From assembly GCA_964016885.1 (NCBI GenBank), contig OZ024742.1, forward strand, positions 58,590,001 through 58,654,000: DNA of 64,000 bases. Direction: 5' to 3'. This DNA comes from Eledone cirrhosa. Its lineage: Eukaryota. Shown here in pieces: positions 12,801 through 27,050 of the stretch. The notes beneath the pieces are model-generated. The model ran no database searches. It saw only the letters and a program-made list of their open reading frames with translations, and was not told the origin of the DNA. The translations under genes were made by a program, and so were the position numbers. The stretch's first letter is position 1. The number at the start of each line of letters is the position of its first letter.

Positions 12801-14505
12801 TGTGGAGAGAATCATTTTGTTGCCTGTAGTTGTAATTATTCCCTAAACTTATTCTACAACATTCTTACTCTCGTTTCAGAGCATCCACCTATACTAATTA
12901 AATTCTCTAATTCACAATCTATCAACTATTTTTATGGAGCCCTCTGAGCATTTGAAATAATGTATTTCATACGTTATGCTAATTATTCCTGCACATTTAC
13001 TACTTACAAAGTCTTGATTTCTCTGTCAGCCTACCTGTAATACTTCATTTCGTATGCACCCATTGTTTATATTCAGTATGCTGTATGTAGTTTGTAACTA
13101 TTTCCTTTCTGCATATCAAACATGACAACTTCCCAGATGGCAATAGTCTTCCTGAAATTTTTATCTTTGTTAGGTTTACTATATTTAAGGCCTTTTGATT
13201 GTAGGCTTTGTTTTCACTTTTGTAATTTCTTCAAAGTTTGTAACAGTTTGCTTTGAGAACTAGATAGTTTTGTTATGGCCAGAACTATAACAAACATTGT
13301 GGAACTGAGAACAGAACCCTGATGGACACTTGTCTGCAAACTAAATTCTTTGCTGATTCCTTGCCAACAATATCTCAGTACATGGCTTGAATGTCTCTTA
13401 GGAGCCATTTATTTAATTTTCTTAGTGACTACAAGATTACAGATTTGCCCTTTCAAAGGCCTTCTTCAGGTCGAATTCTAGATATAGAGATTTACTCTTA
13501 GCTATAGATTTCTACAGTTGTCATTAAGAAGAGGGCTGTAGTGATGCTCCACCTTGAAGCAAATCTGAATTTCATCTTATTTAAGCTAATTCTCTTAGCC
13601 CTTCTATTTGATGTCACTGTAGTTGCTTTTTTTACAGTTGTAAATAATAACCTGATAAAAAGTTTTATCAATTGAGAGCCAATGCTGTTAATTTTTGCTT
13701 TTTTCAAAAAATTGTTAAACAAATATTTTGATCAAATTTACCTTACTTTGGTGGAGAACTGATGTAAAATAACATACAAGGGTTGAGAGGTAAAAAAATG
13801 TACCAGTATGGCACTCAAGGAGTTAATAATTGACAATGTTAACACTAATGTTTAATGTGATTTATGTAGTTATATCATTTCTTCTATGTTTGTAGTCAAT
13901 TGCTGATATTATCCAAACATGTTTGGGACCAAGATCTATGTTGAAGGTAACCTTTTTCTTTATTCTAGTTTATTTTTTTTAAATAAAAACTAAATATATT
14001 ATTTGTCTTTTAACTATTTTGATATCAACCTGCCTAAAATTAGTTCTGGTTCTATGAAATAAAAAATACATGTTTCAAACGGTTCCTATTTAAATTGAAA
14101 ACTTCCAACATAATTTTATATAAGAATCGTATGCTTGGTTAGTATCTTAGTAATGAAATAATTCATAATTTTTAGTGAATCCCTCAAAATTCTTCATTAG
14201 AAATGCAGTCATGAAAGGGTTAAAGATATTTACATGGTTGAAAGGATACTTCAATCATCACGGCCATGACAACCTCTTTTGTGCTGGATCCACATAAATC
14301 ACAGCTGATGATAAGAAAGGCATCTAATTGTAGAAAACCTGCCAAATAAAAAGTTGAGAGGAATATTCAGTTATGTCAAAGAAATGACTACCTCTCTAGT
14401 GCAGAAATGTGAAATGTGGCTCTCTGGTGGCATTGATTAGGTATTGACATAGTCTGTGACAACCCAGCCAACTTTTGGTATCGGGAGAAAATAGACATGA
14501 AATGG

Positions 14506-14547
<42 letters not shown>

Positions 14548-15034
14548 AAAGTTATATTTAAATTGTTGGGTTACAACTAGTAAATATTTATAACTGATAT
14601 AAAAGCACTCGACAAGTATTTGGAGCATATTTACAATATTAAATAAATGGAAACTATATTTATAAAACCATATTTATTTCATTATATATATTTCAGGGAT
14701 ATCATATTAACAATATGCTATGCCTTCCTCAGACAAAATACAATATAAACAGTTTTATAGATAAATAGATTTGACATACCGTAACAACATCGACTTGTAT
14801 TTGAAAAGTTGAATTGGCAGTGAAAAAATTGTACACAGTACAATTTTTTCACTGCCAATTCAACTTTTCAAATACAAGTCGATGTTGTTACGGTATGTCA
14901 AATCTATTTATCTATAAAACTGTTTATATTGTATTTTGTCTGAGGAAGGCATAGCATATTGTTAATATGATATCCCTGAAATATATATAATGAAATAAAT
15001 ATGGTTTTATAAATATAGTTTCCATTTATTTAAT

Positions 15035-15070
<36 letters not shown>

Positions 15071-18000
15071 TTCAAATCTAACATTGAATTCATTCAGGAT
15101 TTCCCACCTCGACTTAATACTTTATTCATCAAAGATAAATAAATTGTGCTGAAGTGTCAAATGAACACATTATTTTGTTTGGTACTTTCATTGTAGCAAT
15201 ATCGATTAGGAAATCTATAGTGTGTCTTTGTGTACATTTTAAAGGGTTACAGATGGATATATATATAAATATACAAACACACATAGTGTATTACAGTTGA
15301 TATTGTCACTTTTTATACAAATATCAAGTTTTGGCCAAAAGTTTCAATTGACCTCTTGGGTAATCGTATCAACACCTTGGGATATAGTTTGGGTCAATAT
15401 CTACCATTCTGGAAACTCCTGCTACAGCAGTTGTTTCCAACAATACCGGAACAGCATCATTCATTAATACTTAGTATATGTAGCTGTAGTTTACCTCTGT
15501 TGGGGAAACTGATTGATTTTTAAGATAAGATCATAATCTTAGCTAGGACTCACACTTATCAAGGAGCTTCCCTTGTCTGGGTCAAAGGAAAGGCAATAAC
15601 AGTATGTCTGAGGTTTAATGGGGTCCACTCCATTTGTTGGTGTGATGGATGGCTGTTGACAGGTATTTTTTTATCCCATCAGGGTGTCCATTCACCCTCT
15701 ACTTGCTAGAGTGAGATCCTAGTTTAGTTAACCAACAGCTTGACCATAAAACAGGTAGTAATGGTTCTGACGTGTTGATGTTAAAGTAGATATTATAACA
15801 GCTTTCATTTTTGTAATTTGTGTACTATATCTTTTGAATTTGTTTTGTGTTGACAATATAAATGGTAACAAATTGTAATAAGAATGTTCTTCTTAATTGT
15901 TCCAGATGTTGATGGATCCAATGGGAGGAATTGTCATGACAAATGATGGCAATGCCATTCTCAGAGAGGTAAGCTCATCATTTTATTTCTCCTCTTGATG
16001 CTATTGTTTTTATTTTTAGATCCCCCCCCCCCTCCTGTGGTCCTATACGATTACTTCCCTTAGTATTTGACACTTAGCTCCTTTCGGTTTCACACAACCT
16101 CCCTAAACCATTAATGAGAATCAATAGTTTTTTAACATGACCCTACCAAAAATGCTATACATTTTCAATGAAGATTCCAAACTGAATTTTCTAAAGGATA
16201 TTGCAAAAAGTTTCATTATATTGACAGATAATTTAATATAATAAAATGTAAGCAAAAACATAAAAAAAAACAATTATTTTCTGTATCAACATATACATAT
16301 GTTGATACTTAGAGAAAATAATTCTCATATATGTGCTCCATGTAGTCTTTTGCTGCCCTTAAGCATGGCACAATGTGGTGTTCCCTGGTCTATTGATTTC
16401 GCCTGTCAATTGTTAAATCATTGGGACTAGAATTTGTGGTCGGCGGTGTCACAGTCCTATTATGCCAGGCTGTTGCCACCAGGTTCACTTTTTGCCTCTG
16501 TATTGTGTCACCTCGTTGCCTCAATTTTGCTGAGGTAACAGCTTTTGGCATGTCATGTCTTTTTTCTTTTTTCTTATTGCCTTGCAAGCATAGGTCCCAT
16601 TTTTTAAAGGTTCCTGAAAGAGGAGAAAAAATTATCACAATGCACATGATTTTTTCCCCCATATGTCCTTTGTGAGACCCTTTACAATCTTTCACTAAGT
16701 CTTTGTTCCATTGAATTAAGACTTTCCCTGTATAAATTTGGAAGCCATTTACATAGCCATTGTGTGGATCAGCCCCCATCCACACTTTTATCCCATGCTT
16801 TATAGGCTTCAGTGGACGATATTGTTTGAAACCAAATCATCCAGTGAAAACAACCATGCCTTCATTCCATGTTGGACTGTAGTGCGATTTCAAATTCCTA
16901 TGTATCCTTTCAATAAATGGCCGAACATGGGAAAGATTGTCATGGTTAGGGTGACCAGGTGCTGGATTCTGGGTGACATCGGAAATAAGGAAATACTTGT
17001 AATCAATTCCCTGATCCTGCAGACTGAAATAAATTATCTTTTAAAAAATACGTCTTGATTCTACACAATAATATGCCATGTGTGCTTGTATATTTATATA
17101 TATGACCAAAGATTAATATGGTTCATTGATTACTCAATGAATATAGTTTTACAATAGATTAAAATCACTCTACAGAAAAGTTTTATGGAGTTATTATTAT
17201 CCAGAATAATAATAAATGAAGACATTCACATAATCAAAATATATGTTTTATTATATATATTTTGAAGGTACTATGCTGCTTTTTTCAGTACGTCCTCGTC
17301 AGATAAAATACATGAATTGATGTACGACATACCTCAACTGTCTTGATAGTTCAATTCCAGTATTGCCTATACTGGAATTGATCTATCAAGACAGTTGAGG
17401 TATGTCATACTTCAATTCATGTATTTTATCTGACGAGGACATACTGAAAAACCAACACAGTACCTTCGAAATATATATATTATATATATATCCCTATAAC
17501 TCATTAAAATCTGCACAATACACCTTGTGTGTTTGTATATTATATATATATCCAATGCAATTCCTACCTTGGTGATATTGCTACAAGAAGTTCACTTTCC
17601 AATCACAAGCTATTTCTCCAAAGCTACTCATGTATTTAATCTTGTCATTTGTACATATGTACTGAACATTTATGCAATTATATATTAGAAATAAATTATT
17701 AAAATATCATTTTTATCTTTAATCCCTTCCACATGTCAGTAATCAACATAAACTATAAGGTTTCTCTTAGGCAAACCATTAATTTATCAAAATGCAAATT
17801 TCTCAGTTCGTATGATTGTTCATATATATGATAATCCTGATATATATGACATATCAATTCTGGACTCCAAAAATTAAATATGTTCAATGCCATCGATGGC
17901 ACTGGTCCACTAGTTTTAGTATTGTAACATGTAATGTAATAGTTTCCTTCTCTCTTTAGATAACAGTTCAACATCCAGCTGCTAAATCTATCATTGAAGT

Positions 18001-21000
18001 AGCTCGTACTCAAGATGAAGAAGTTGGTGATGGTACCACATCTGTTATTATTCTTAGTAAGTTTTCATTTATTTAATCACATTTCTCCACTCAAATCTTT
18101 CTGGCATAAATCTGCTATGGAATTTTTATCTCTAAGCTACTCCATATCAATGTTGGTGCATGTTAGTAAACCCAATTTCACTTCGTATTTTGATTTTAAA
18201 TAAGAAAAGATATATCCTACCAATGAAACATTTAACTCTTTCATGATTGCATTTCTCATGAAATACACTCAATTTCAATTAATGAAGAATTTCGAGGGAT
18301 TTACTAAAATTATTTCATTATTAAGATAGTAACGGTGGATTGGCAGTATTGGTAGAGGGTCGGATGCCATGCTTTGACGCATAGAGTTACGGCCCTTGCC
18401 ATTCTGAGTTCAAATCCCGCCGAGGTTAACTTTGCCTTTCATCCTTACGGGGTCGATAAAATAAAGTACCAGTAATACACTGGTTAATTGCTGGCCTTGT
18501 GCCTAACGTAGAAACAATTATTAAGATAGTAACGTGATGTAAGGTTCTTAGAAAATTATAAGGAAAGGTTTTAATTTAAAATGGGTGGTTTTATTTAATA
18601 AAATTAGAGCTGGTTTTGGCTGGGTTGGTAACTGAGAGGTTAATCCTATTGTTACCATTTTTCTAACCCAAATAATCAATAAATTTTACATCTGCTTTTT
18701 CCTGCTTGCAAGGGTGGGACGGGTCCTATTCAGCACAACATCTCTCCACTTGTCACGGTCCTTCATCATCTCCACCGTGAGCTTCAGCGATCTGAGGTCT
18801 GTTCTCACCACCTCCGCCCATGTTTTTCGTGGTCTTCCTCTACCGCGTCTTCCTTCTACTGGCATTTCTTGGCACTTCTTTACCCAGCGGTCATCCTCCA
18901 TGTGCATCACATGTCCATATCATTGCAGTCTTCTCTCCTGCACACTACAACTTATCCCTCTTAAACACAGTTTCTCTCTCAACACATCCATGTTCGGTCG
19001 TTCACATACATTGACATTGCACATCCAACGGAGCATGCTTGCTTCATTCCTCTCCAGCCGTCGCATATCCCCTCAGTTGCTGCCCATGTCTCACTACCAT
19101 GCAGCATCGCACACTTCGCACAGGTTGAGGAAGAAGTGCCTAAACTTTTTCCAACCCGTCCTTATTCTAGATACTATGGCCTCGGACCCCCCCCCCCCCC
19201 ATGCTAATCTGATCACCTCGGTACCAGAAGCTATCAACCACTTCTATAGAACCTACCTGCATTTGAAAAATGTGTCTATCAATGCGACTTCTACTGTCAA
19301 ATTTCCCTGTACATCTACTGCATACGTATTTTTCCCTACCTGTTAGTTTGCCTGCTATCCCACTACATCTTTTGTGTACCTAAGATCTGCATTGCGTCAT
19401 TTTATAGCATTTATGCCAGTTCCTTTTCTGATATCGAACATGGCCATTTCCCTGATGGAATCAATTTGTCCTCTTTTCTACTTATCAACACTTTTGTCTT
19501 AGCTAGGTTCACTCTCAGTCCTCTTAATTCCAACTGCTCTTTCCATAGCCAGAATTTATTCTCTAGCTCCTCTACTGATTCTGCTATAAGAACCAGATCG
19601 TCAACAGAGAAGTTCCCATGGGCAGCCAGTCTTAACTCCTCGGTTATGGCTTGGAGGACTATAATGAACAAGAGCGGGCTGAGGACCGAACCTTGATGTA
19701 CTCCTACTTGTATCTGGAATTCCTCACTAAACTTCATTCCTACCCTCACTTTACTGACAACACCTCTGTACAAAGTTTGCACTGTCCTCACAAGCCATTC
19801 CTCAACACCTAGTTTCCTTAGGGACCACCAGATGACAGATTGGGGTACCCTATGAAAGGCCTTCTCTAGGTCAACAAAAGCTAAGTATAGTGGCTTATTC
19901 TTCTCTAAGAACCTCTCTTGTAGTTGTCTCACTAAGAAGAGAGCATCTGTTGTACTTTTCCCAGGCACAAAACCAAACTGCATCTCATCTAGTTTGACCC
20001 TTTCTCTAATTAGTTGCGCTAATATCCTTTCTGCCACTTTCATAACCTGATCCATCAGTTTTATGCCCCTATAATTGCTCCTCTCCAGAGCATCCCCATT
20101 ACCTTTGTAGCAATTTTTGAGAATACTGCTGCACCAGTCTTTGGGTATGACACCGCCATATATAGCTTGATTGATGATGCGTGCAACCAGTTTAGTGCCT
20201 ACGTCCCCTGATGCCTTCAGCATTTCAGCAACTATCCCCTATGGTCCAGCGGCCTTACCATTTTTCATTTCCTTAATTGCCTCTTGGACCCTATATTCGT
20301 CAGTTTCAATAGCTTGTCCCTCTGTCGGATCTACTGAGGGTAATTTCTCTCTCTCTCCAATTCGTTCTCCACATTCATCAGTCTCTCATAATGACATTTC
20401 CAGGCTTCCTTTTCCTGATCATTCGTGATACTAAGTACACCGGCATCATTCCGGACACACTTATCTCCAACATCCTGATTTGCATTGACACGCGGCCTTT
20501 CAATGCAGAACACTTTACGCCTCTGATCTTCTCGTCGCAGAACAATGGCAAACCTCCTACTCTCAGCCTCCCTGTGTGCTAAGTACACCTGACGTTTAAC
20601 TTCTCTCTTAGCGGCTGTGTATCCTTCTCTACTCCCACCATTTAAAAAAAATTTTTTTTTATAAAGACAAAAACTAATACTATTTACCTTGTAATAATTA
20701 GATTATGTGAAAGTGTGTGGCATAGTAGCTAGGGTGTTGGACTTACGATCATAATGTCATGAGTTTTATTCCTGAACTGTTGTTGTTCATCAAAACTCTT
20801 TATTTTATGTTACTCCAGTATACTCAACTGAAAATGAGTACTAGCAAGTAGCTGGGTTACATTTCGGTGGACTGGACTCCTGTCCAGCGAAGAGTCTTGC
20901 ACTCTGTCACTTAACATCAAGAGAACTGAAATAAGCACTGCCATAATGAGCTTCTGGGCTTAATCAGGTTTTAGATATTTTAGAATGAGATTTCAATTTG

Positions 21001-24000
21001 AACACTTACATAGAACCAGGTTGTTTAAAGGATTAAAGGTATGTAAAATGATGTAAAGTATATGACTTTCATTGTTAAATTGACGTGTTGATTTTTGTTT
21101 ACAGCTGGAGAAGTATTAAATGTGGCTAGTCCATTCCTTGGAGAGCAGATGCATCCTACCGTCATCATCTGTGCTTTCAGGCGTGCTCTTGATGATATTT
21201 TGGAAGTTATGAAGAGTAAAATCGGGTAAGTTTAAAAAATTTATTTATTAAGGCAGCAGAATTCTGATATTTTGTGTTGTTATTTTTTATTATTTGGTTA
21301 GAACAGTGGATCCCAATTTTTTCACTACCAAAGACTATTTATTTAAATGAATATTCTGTAAGGATCTTGACAGCATAGAGTAGAGAAAACCTCAACCTGT
21401 TGAGTATCTGATAACCTCTCTAGTGTTGGCACCATGATATAACAAGGGCACTCTGTAAAGTGCTTGATGATTAACAAACAATGTACAGTAGAGAAGGCTT
21501 TCCACCTTGTCAAACAATATCTTGTGTTTGTGCCATGATAAAATGTACCCAGTACACTCTGTAAAATAGTAGGGTGCCACAATAAAATGTACTTTGTATA
21601 CTCAGTAAAGTGCTTGATGTTAAGAAGGCATCCAGCTGTAGAAACTAACTTGGTCTGTGACGACCTGTCCAACCCATGCCATCAGGGAGATCAGATGTTA
21701 AATGATAATACACAACTGGTAAGTGACAAAAGCAGTTGAAGTTAGCCTGTGACTTAAAAAGGGAAATGGATGAGGTTACATGGAAAGTTGTAGTCCTTAA
21801 TTTCACATGAACAGGTGCTTAGTCCAAGTGACAGGAATAGGTAATCCATTACATCCATGTGATGTAAAATGGTATAAGTGAGGATTATCTGTGAGGAGAT
21901 TAGAATTATTTAACCTTTTTGTTATATTTCTAACGAAAGACATTGCATATAACTTTCAAATCCTTTTAAAAATAATCAAGAATTTGGAAGAATTTAGTAA
22001 CATGATTTTATTATTAAGGTGGTGATTGGAACATATCAAAAGTTCTTAAATATAAATTATGATAGCTATATACAGTTTAACAGTTTTGTATCAAAATCAG
22101 CAGTGGTTTGGTATCAAAAAAGGTTAAATGGCTTTTTGATTTTTCATAACTTTAGTTAAGTGCAGCACATCGTTAGTAAGTGTGTGGGGGATTATTTGAT
22201 ACTGAAAATCTTATCGGGATGACTGGAACTAGATTTGAAAATTTCACCAATTATACAGTTAAAAAATATCACATTGTATTTTATTTATTTTCAATCAGAG
22301 TTCCAGTTGATGTGAGCAATGATGCTGAAATTTTGAAAATCATTAAAAGCTGTATTGGTACCAAGTTTATGAGACAATGGTAAGTTGAATAATTTTTTTG
22401 TTTATACAGAAGTATACAATAATGAAAGTAGTTAAACAAAATTTGACATATAAGAACCCGTTTTCTTTTCCGTTCCCAAATGGGTCTTATATATGAAGTT
22501 ATCTGTTAGGCTGTTTTTTTTTTTATCTCAAAAAGAGGAGGGCGCATCTTATATGTTTTGTGGGAGGTCTTATATGTCATCAAATACACCAATAAACAGG
22601 AAAAAAAAGATAAAGAGGAGAGTAGGCAAACTACACACTTGGTTGGATGGTACATCTTTGCTGCGTAATAATATATCTCACCTGAGCCAAATGGACTGAG
22701 TGGCTTTTATTTTTCCTGATTAGTTGGAGGGAATGGTAGTGTACATTTTTTTTAGAGCCTATAAAATAGTTAGAAGGGAAATAGTAATCTTCAAACTGGA
22801 AACCTCATTTGAATACTTGCGAAGGCCAGATGGTGGTGTTAATCCAAGTTAGGTTTTAAGTCACCTCCTCTGCTCCTAAGCAAGTCACAGCAGTATTTGA
22901 ACTCAGAACACCAAGAACCAGGCATCTCATCTAACACGAGCAGTTTTATCAATCCACCACTCTGGACTGCTGCTTTATTTTATCGAAAACCCAAAACGAT
23001 GAAAGGCAATATTGACCTCTGTAATTCATTGCCTATATATATATATATATCTATCTATATACATAAATGGCAGTTTCTGTTTGTTTGTATGTTTGTGAAC
23101 CTGAACCTAAAACTACCAAATCGATCTTGATGAAACTTGACACACATGTGGTTCTCATGCCCATTTGATTTCTTATGTATATTTTTCATTTTAATCAAAG
23201 GGTTCCCCAGAGGGCTGAAAACCCCCGCTGAAAATATTTTTCCTTCAATTTATATGAAATTTAAACCATAGGTAAATGACAAGATATGATGCCTATTCAC
23301 AAAATTTCAGTAAATTTCAATAATATTAAGACACCCCGGGGTTCTATTTTTTTCCTTATAGCAACACTCAACTTCTCTGACAAACATTTTTTCGCCTGAC
23401 CAATGCAATCAACAATATTTGTTTGTATTATTGTTTCGTAAATGAATTTGTCTTCATCATCATCATTTTACGTCCACTTTTCCCTGCTTGCAAGGGTGGG
23501 ACGGGAACTGATTCTGACTTGATTTCTACAGCTGGATGCCCTTCCTAACACCAACCTCATTTATGGTGAGTGCTGGGTGGTTTTTGCCGTGGCACCTCCA
23601 CGACCACTTTGCAGTGGAATGATAGGGATGCCAGTCCCTATCATCTCATTTCTACAGCTGAGTAAACTGGAGCAATGTGAAATAAAGTGTCTTGCTCAAG
23701 GAAACAACACATCACCCGGTCTGAGAATTGAACTCACAACCTTTCGATTGCAAGGCCAATGCTCTAACCACTAAGCCATGTGCCTCCTGATTATCTGTCT
23801 TATAATTTGATTTTGTTTTTGGTCTGAGAGGCATTGGGCATTTTAATGGGAACTGGGAATACCCCCGCTCCCGGGTATTACCAGGTACCTCAGCTAATAT
23901 ATATATATATACATACTAGCAGCTGAGCCCGGTTGCACCCGGGGCCACTTTTTATTAAGTTAATAATTTGAAAAATATTATTGAAAGTTTATTATAAAGA

Positions 24001-26943
24001 AGCAGTTTCAGGAAAAAAAATAGAAATATGCACTTGGGGCTGGACGGCGTACAATGAGAAGTGGAGCGACGTGAAAAGCGTTGTTTATTAACAGCGAAAT
24101 AGCAATGTCGATGATATGCAATTTGAAAAATACTACTTACTGTTAGTGGTGGTTAACATGTATTAGAATTAAAATACAAACACGCGTCTCTTTGCAATTT
24201 AAGGGTTTTATTTCTTTTGATGGAAAACTGACCGTACTGCAGAATCGATTTCATAAAACGGTACTGTATGATCGTTAAATGTAGAAGGATGATAGTTTAT
24301 TAACAGCGAAATAGTAATGTCGATGATATGCAAGTTTAAAAATGCATATTATGAAGGTTTGTATGATAGTTTACACTTTTTCCTGAAACTGCTTCTTTAT
24401 AATAAACTTTCAATATTTTTCAAATTATTGGTACTGTATGTTAACAGCGAAAGAACGTTGATGAGTTTAAAAATTTGTATGAAATTGTAAATAACTCAGC
24501 CAAGTATTAGAACAGGGAGAAATAACTCACTGAACGCGATAGTAAATAGACCGTTTGGGGGCCCTAGGGACCACATTTTTCAAGTTAGAGATTTGAAACC
24601 TCGTCTATTTGCTTCCTTGGCACTTTTTACATAGGTGTGTAAATTTTCATGTCCGTCCGACCACGTCTACTACCATTTAACTGTGCACATCTGAATTTCA
24701 ACCACCACCCATTTCACAAATATATATTAGATATATATATACACTAGTTGACTGTAATCATATAAGTGTTTTATTTTATATTTATTTTAAAGAGCATTGC
24801 TGATTATATTTCTTTCTGTTTGAATGATTGCAGGTCCGAGTTGGCTTGTAAGATGGCATTAGCTGCTACTAAAACAGTCATAGTAGAAGAAAAAGGGAAG
24901 AAAGAGATCGATATAAAGAATTTTGCTAAAGTTGAAAAAGTAAGTGGCACATACACACACATGCACATCATCACCATCATCATTATCATTTTATGTTCCC
25001 TGTTCCATGCTTGCATGGGTTGGATCTTTTTCAGCACAGCATTTCTTTACGTCTCGCGTTCTTTCACCATCACCTCTATGAGCTTAAGCAATTTCAGGTC
25101 AGCTCTCACCACCTTTACCCAGATCTCTCTTAGCTTTCTTCTGGAATTACTTGGCACTTCACCCAGTGACCATCATCCATGCACATCACATATCCATACC
25201 AGCGCAGTCTTCTCTCATGCGCACTATATCTGATTTCTCTCACACTTAGTTTTTCCTCTCAGTTCATCTGTGATTTGTTGTTCATACACATTAATATTGA
25301 ATATCCATTAAAGCATACTGATTGCAGGTCCTCTGCGTTCACTGCCCATGTTTCTCTACCATGCAACATTGCAGTTCACAGACTAGCGTCATCCAGGCAA
25401 CATTTCATGATGAGAGAACTTTTGTTGTCAATAGAGGTAGTAGCTCTCTAAACTTTTTCCACCCTGTCCTTATTCTAGCTTCAAAGCTATGAGACCCCCC
25501 CCCCCTTTACTGCTAATAATTTCAACTAGGTAGTAGATGCTATCAATTCTATGGATTCTACCTGGGATTGGGAAAGGTTTATATCACTGGAACTCTTAGA
25601 ATGAATTATTCCTGAACATCTGTTTACAAAGTCCTTCTTTTCTGTTAATCTGCCTACTATACCACGACACCTTGTGTACCCAAGATTTGCATTTTGTACA
25701 TCATATAGAATTTATGCCTCTTATTCCTTTTTTACATATTGAGCAAGGCCACTTCTCTGATTGGATCAGGGCCCTGCCTTCTTTCCTACTTTTTAACACT
25801 TTGGTTTTTACTAAGTTTACTCTCAGTTCTCTTGATTCTGTTTCCACAGCTGGAATTTGTTCTCTAGTTTTTCTACAGATTCAGTTATGAGAACCTGATC
25901 ATCAGCATATAGAAGTTCCCATGAATAATTTTCCTGTTATAGCCTGAAGGATTTTAATAAACATGTACTTCTTCCTGTATCCTGAATTCCTCACCAAACT
26001 GATTTCCTACTCGCATTTTACTGACAGCTCCTCTGTACATGGCTTGCACTGCTCTCATAAGCCACTCTTCTACACCCAATTTTCTTAAGGACCACCAGAT
26101 ATTGTGGTGCTCTTAGGAACTTCTCTATACTAAAAAGAGGGCATCTGTGGTGCTCTTCCCTGAAACAAAACTGAACTGTATCTCATGGAATTTGACTCTT
26201 TCCCTAATTAGTTGTACTAGAACCCTTTCTGTCACTTTTGTAAGTTGGTTCATTGGTATTATTTTTTTTTTTATTGTTGCTCCTTTGTCGGGCACAACCT
26301 TTGTAGCAATTAATGGGTATACTATTGTGCCAATCATTGTATATGACTTCATCCTGTATTATCTGATTTACTATGTGAGGGACTAGTTCATCTCCTACTT
26401 CTCCAGATGCTTTTAGCATTTCAGTGACTATCTTTGATGATCCAGCTGCTTTACTATTATTTTTCTTGATTGCTTCTTTGACTCTATAGCTGATCCCTAT
26501 TAGGTCAACAGAGGGTAGCCTCTCTTCCTTTTGAGTCTCTCTCTCTCTCTCTCACATATACATGCATAGACTCCTACTCATTCCGTCAAACGCACATAAC
26601 ACACATGATTCATCATCATCATCATCATCATCATCCCACCCTGCTTGCAAGGGTGGGATGGGTTCTGATTCTGGCTTGATTTCTACAGCTGGATGCCCTT
26701 CCTAACACCAACCTCATTTACAGTGAGTGCTGGGTGCTTTTTTGCCGTGGCACCTCCACAACCACTTTTGCAGTGGAATGATAGGGACCCCAGTCCCTAT
26801 CATCTCATTTCTAAAGCTGAGTAAACTGGAGCAATGTGAAATAAAGTGTCTTGCTCAAGGAAACAACACATCACCCAGTCTGAGAATTGAACTCACAACC
26901 TTTCGATTGCAAGGCCAATGCTCTAACCAGTAAGCCATGTGCC

Positions 26944-27000
<57 letters not shown>

Positions 27001-27018
27001 GATAAAATATAAATTTGT

Positions 27019-27050
<32 letters not shown>

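Noticed and set aside
13450-13472. CUGAAGA...GAAA on the - strand resembling a hammerhead core
   Set aside because: It is the decayed RT motif DLKKAFE of an RTE remnant, and stems I and III are missing.
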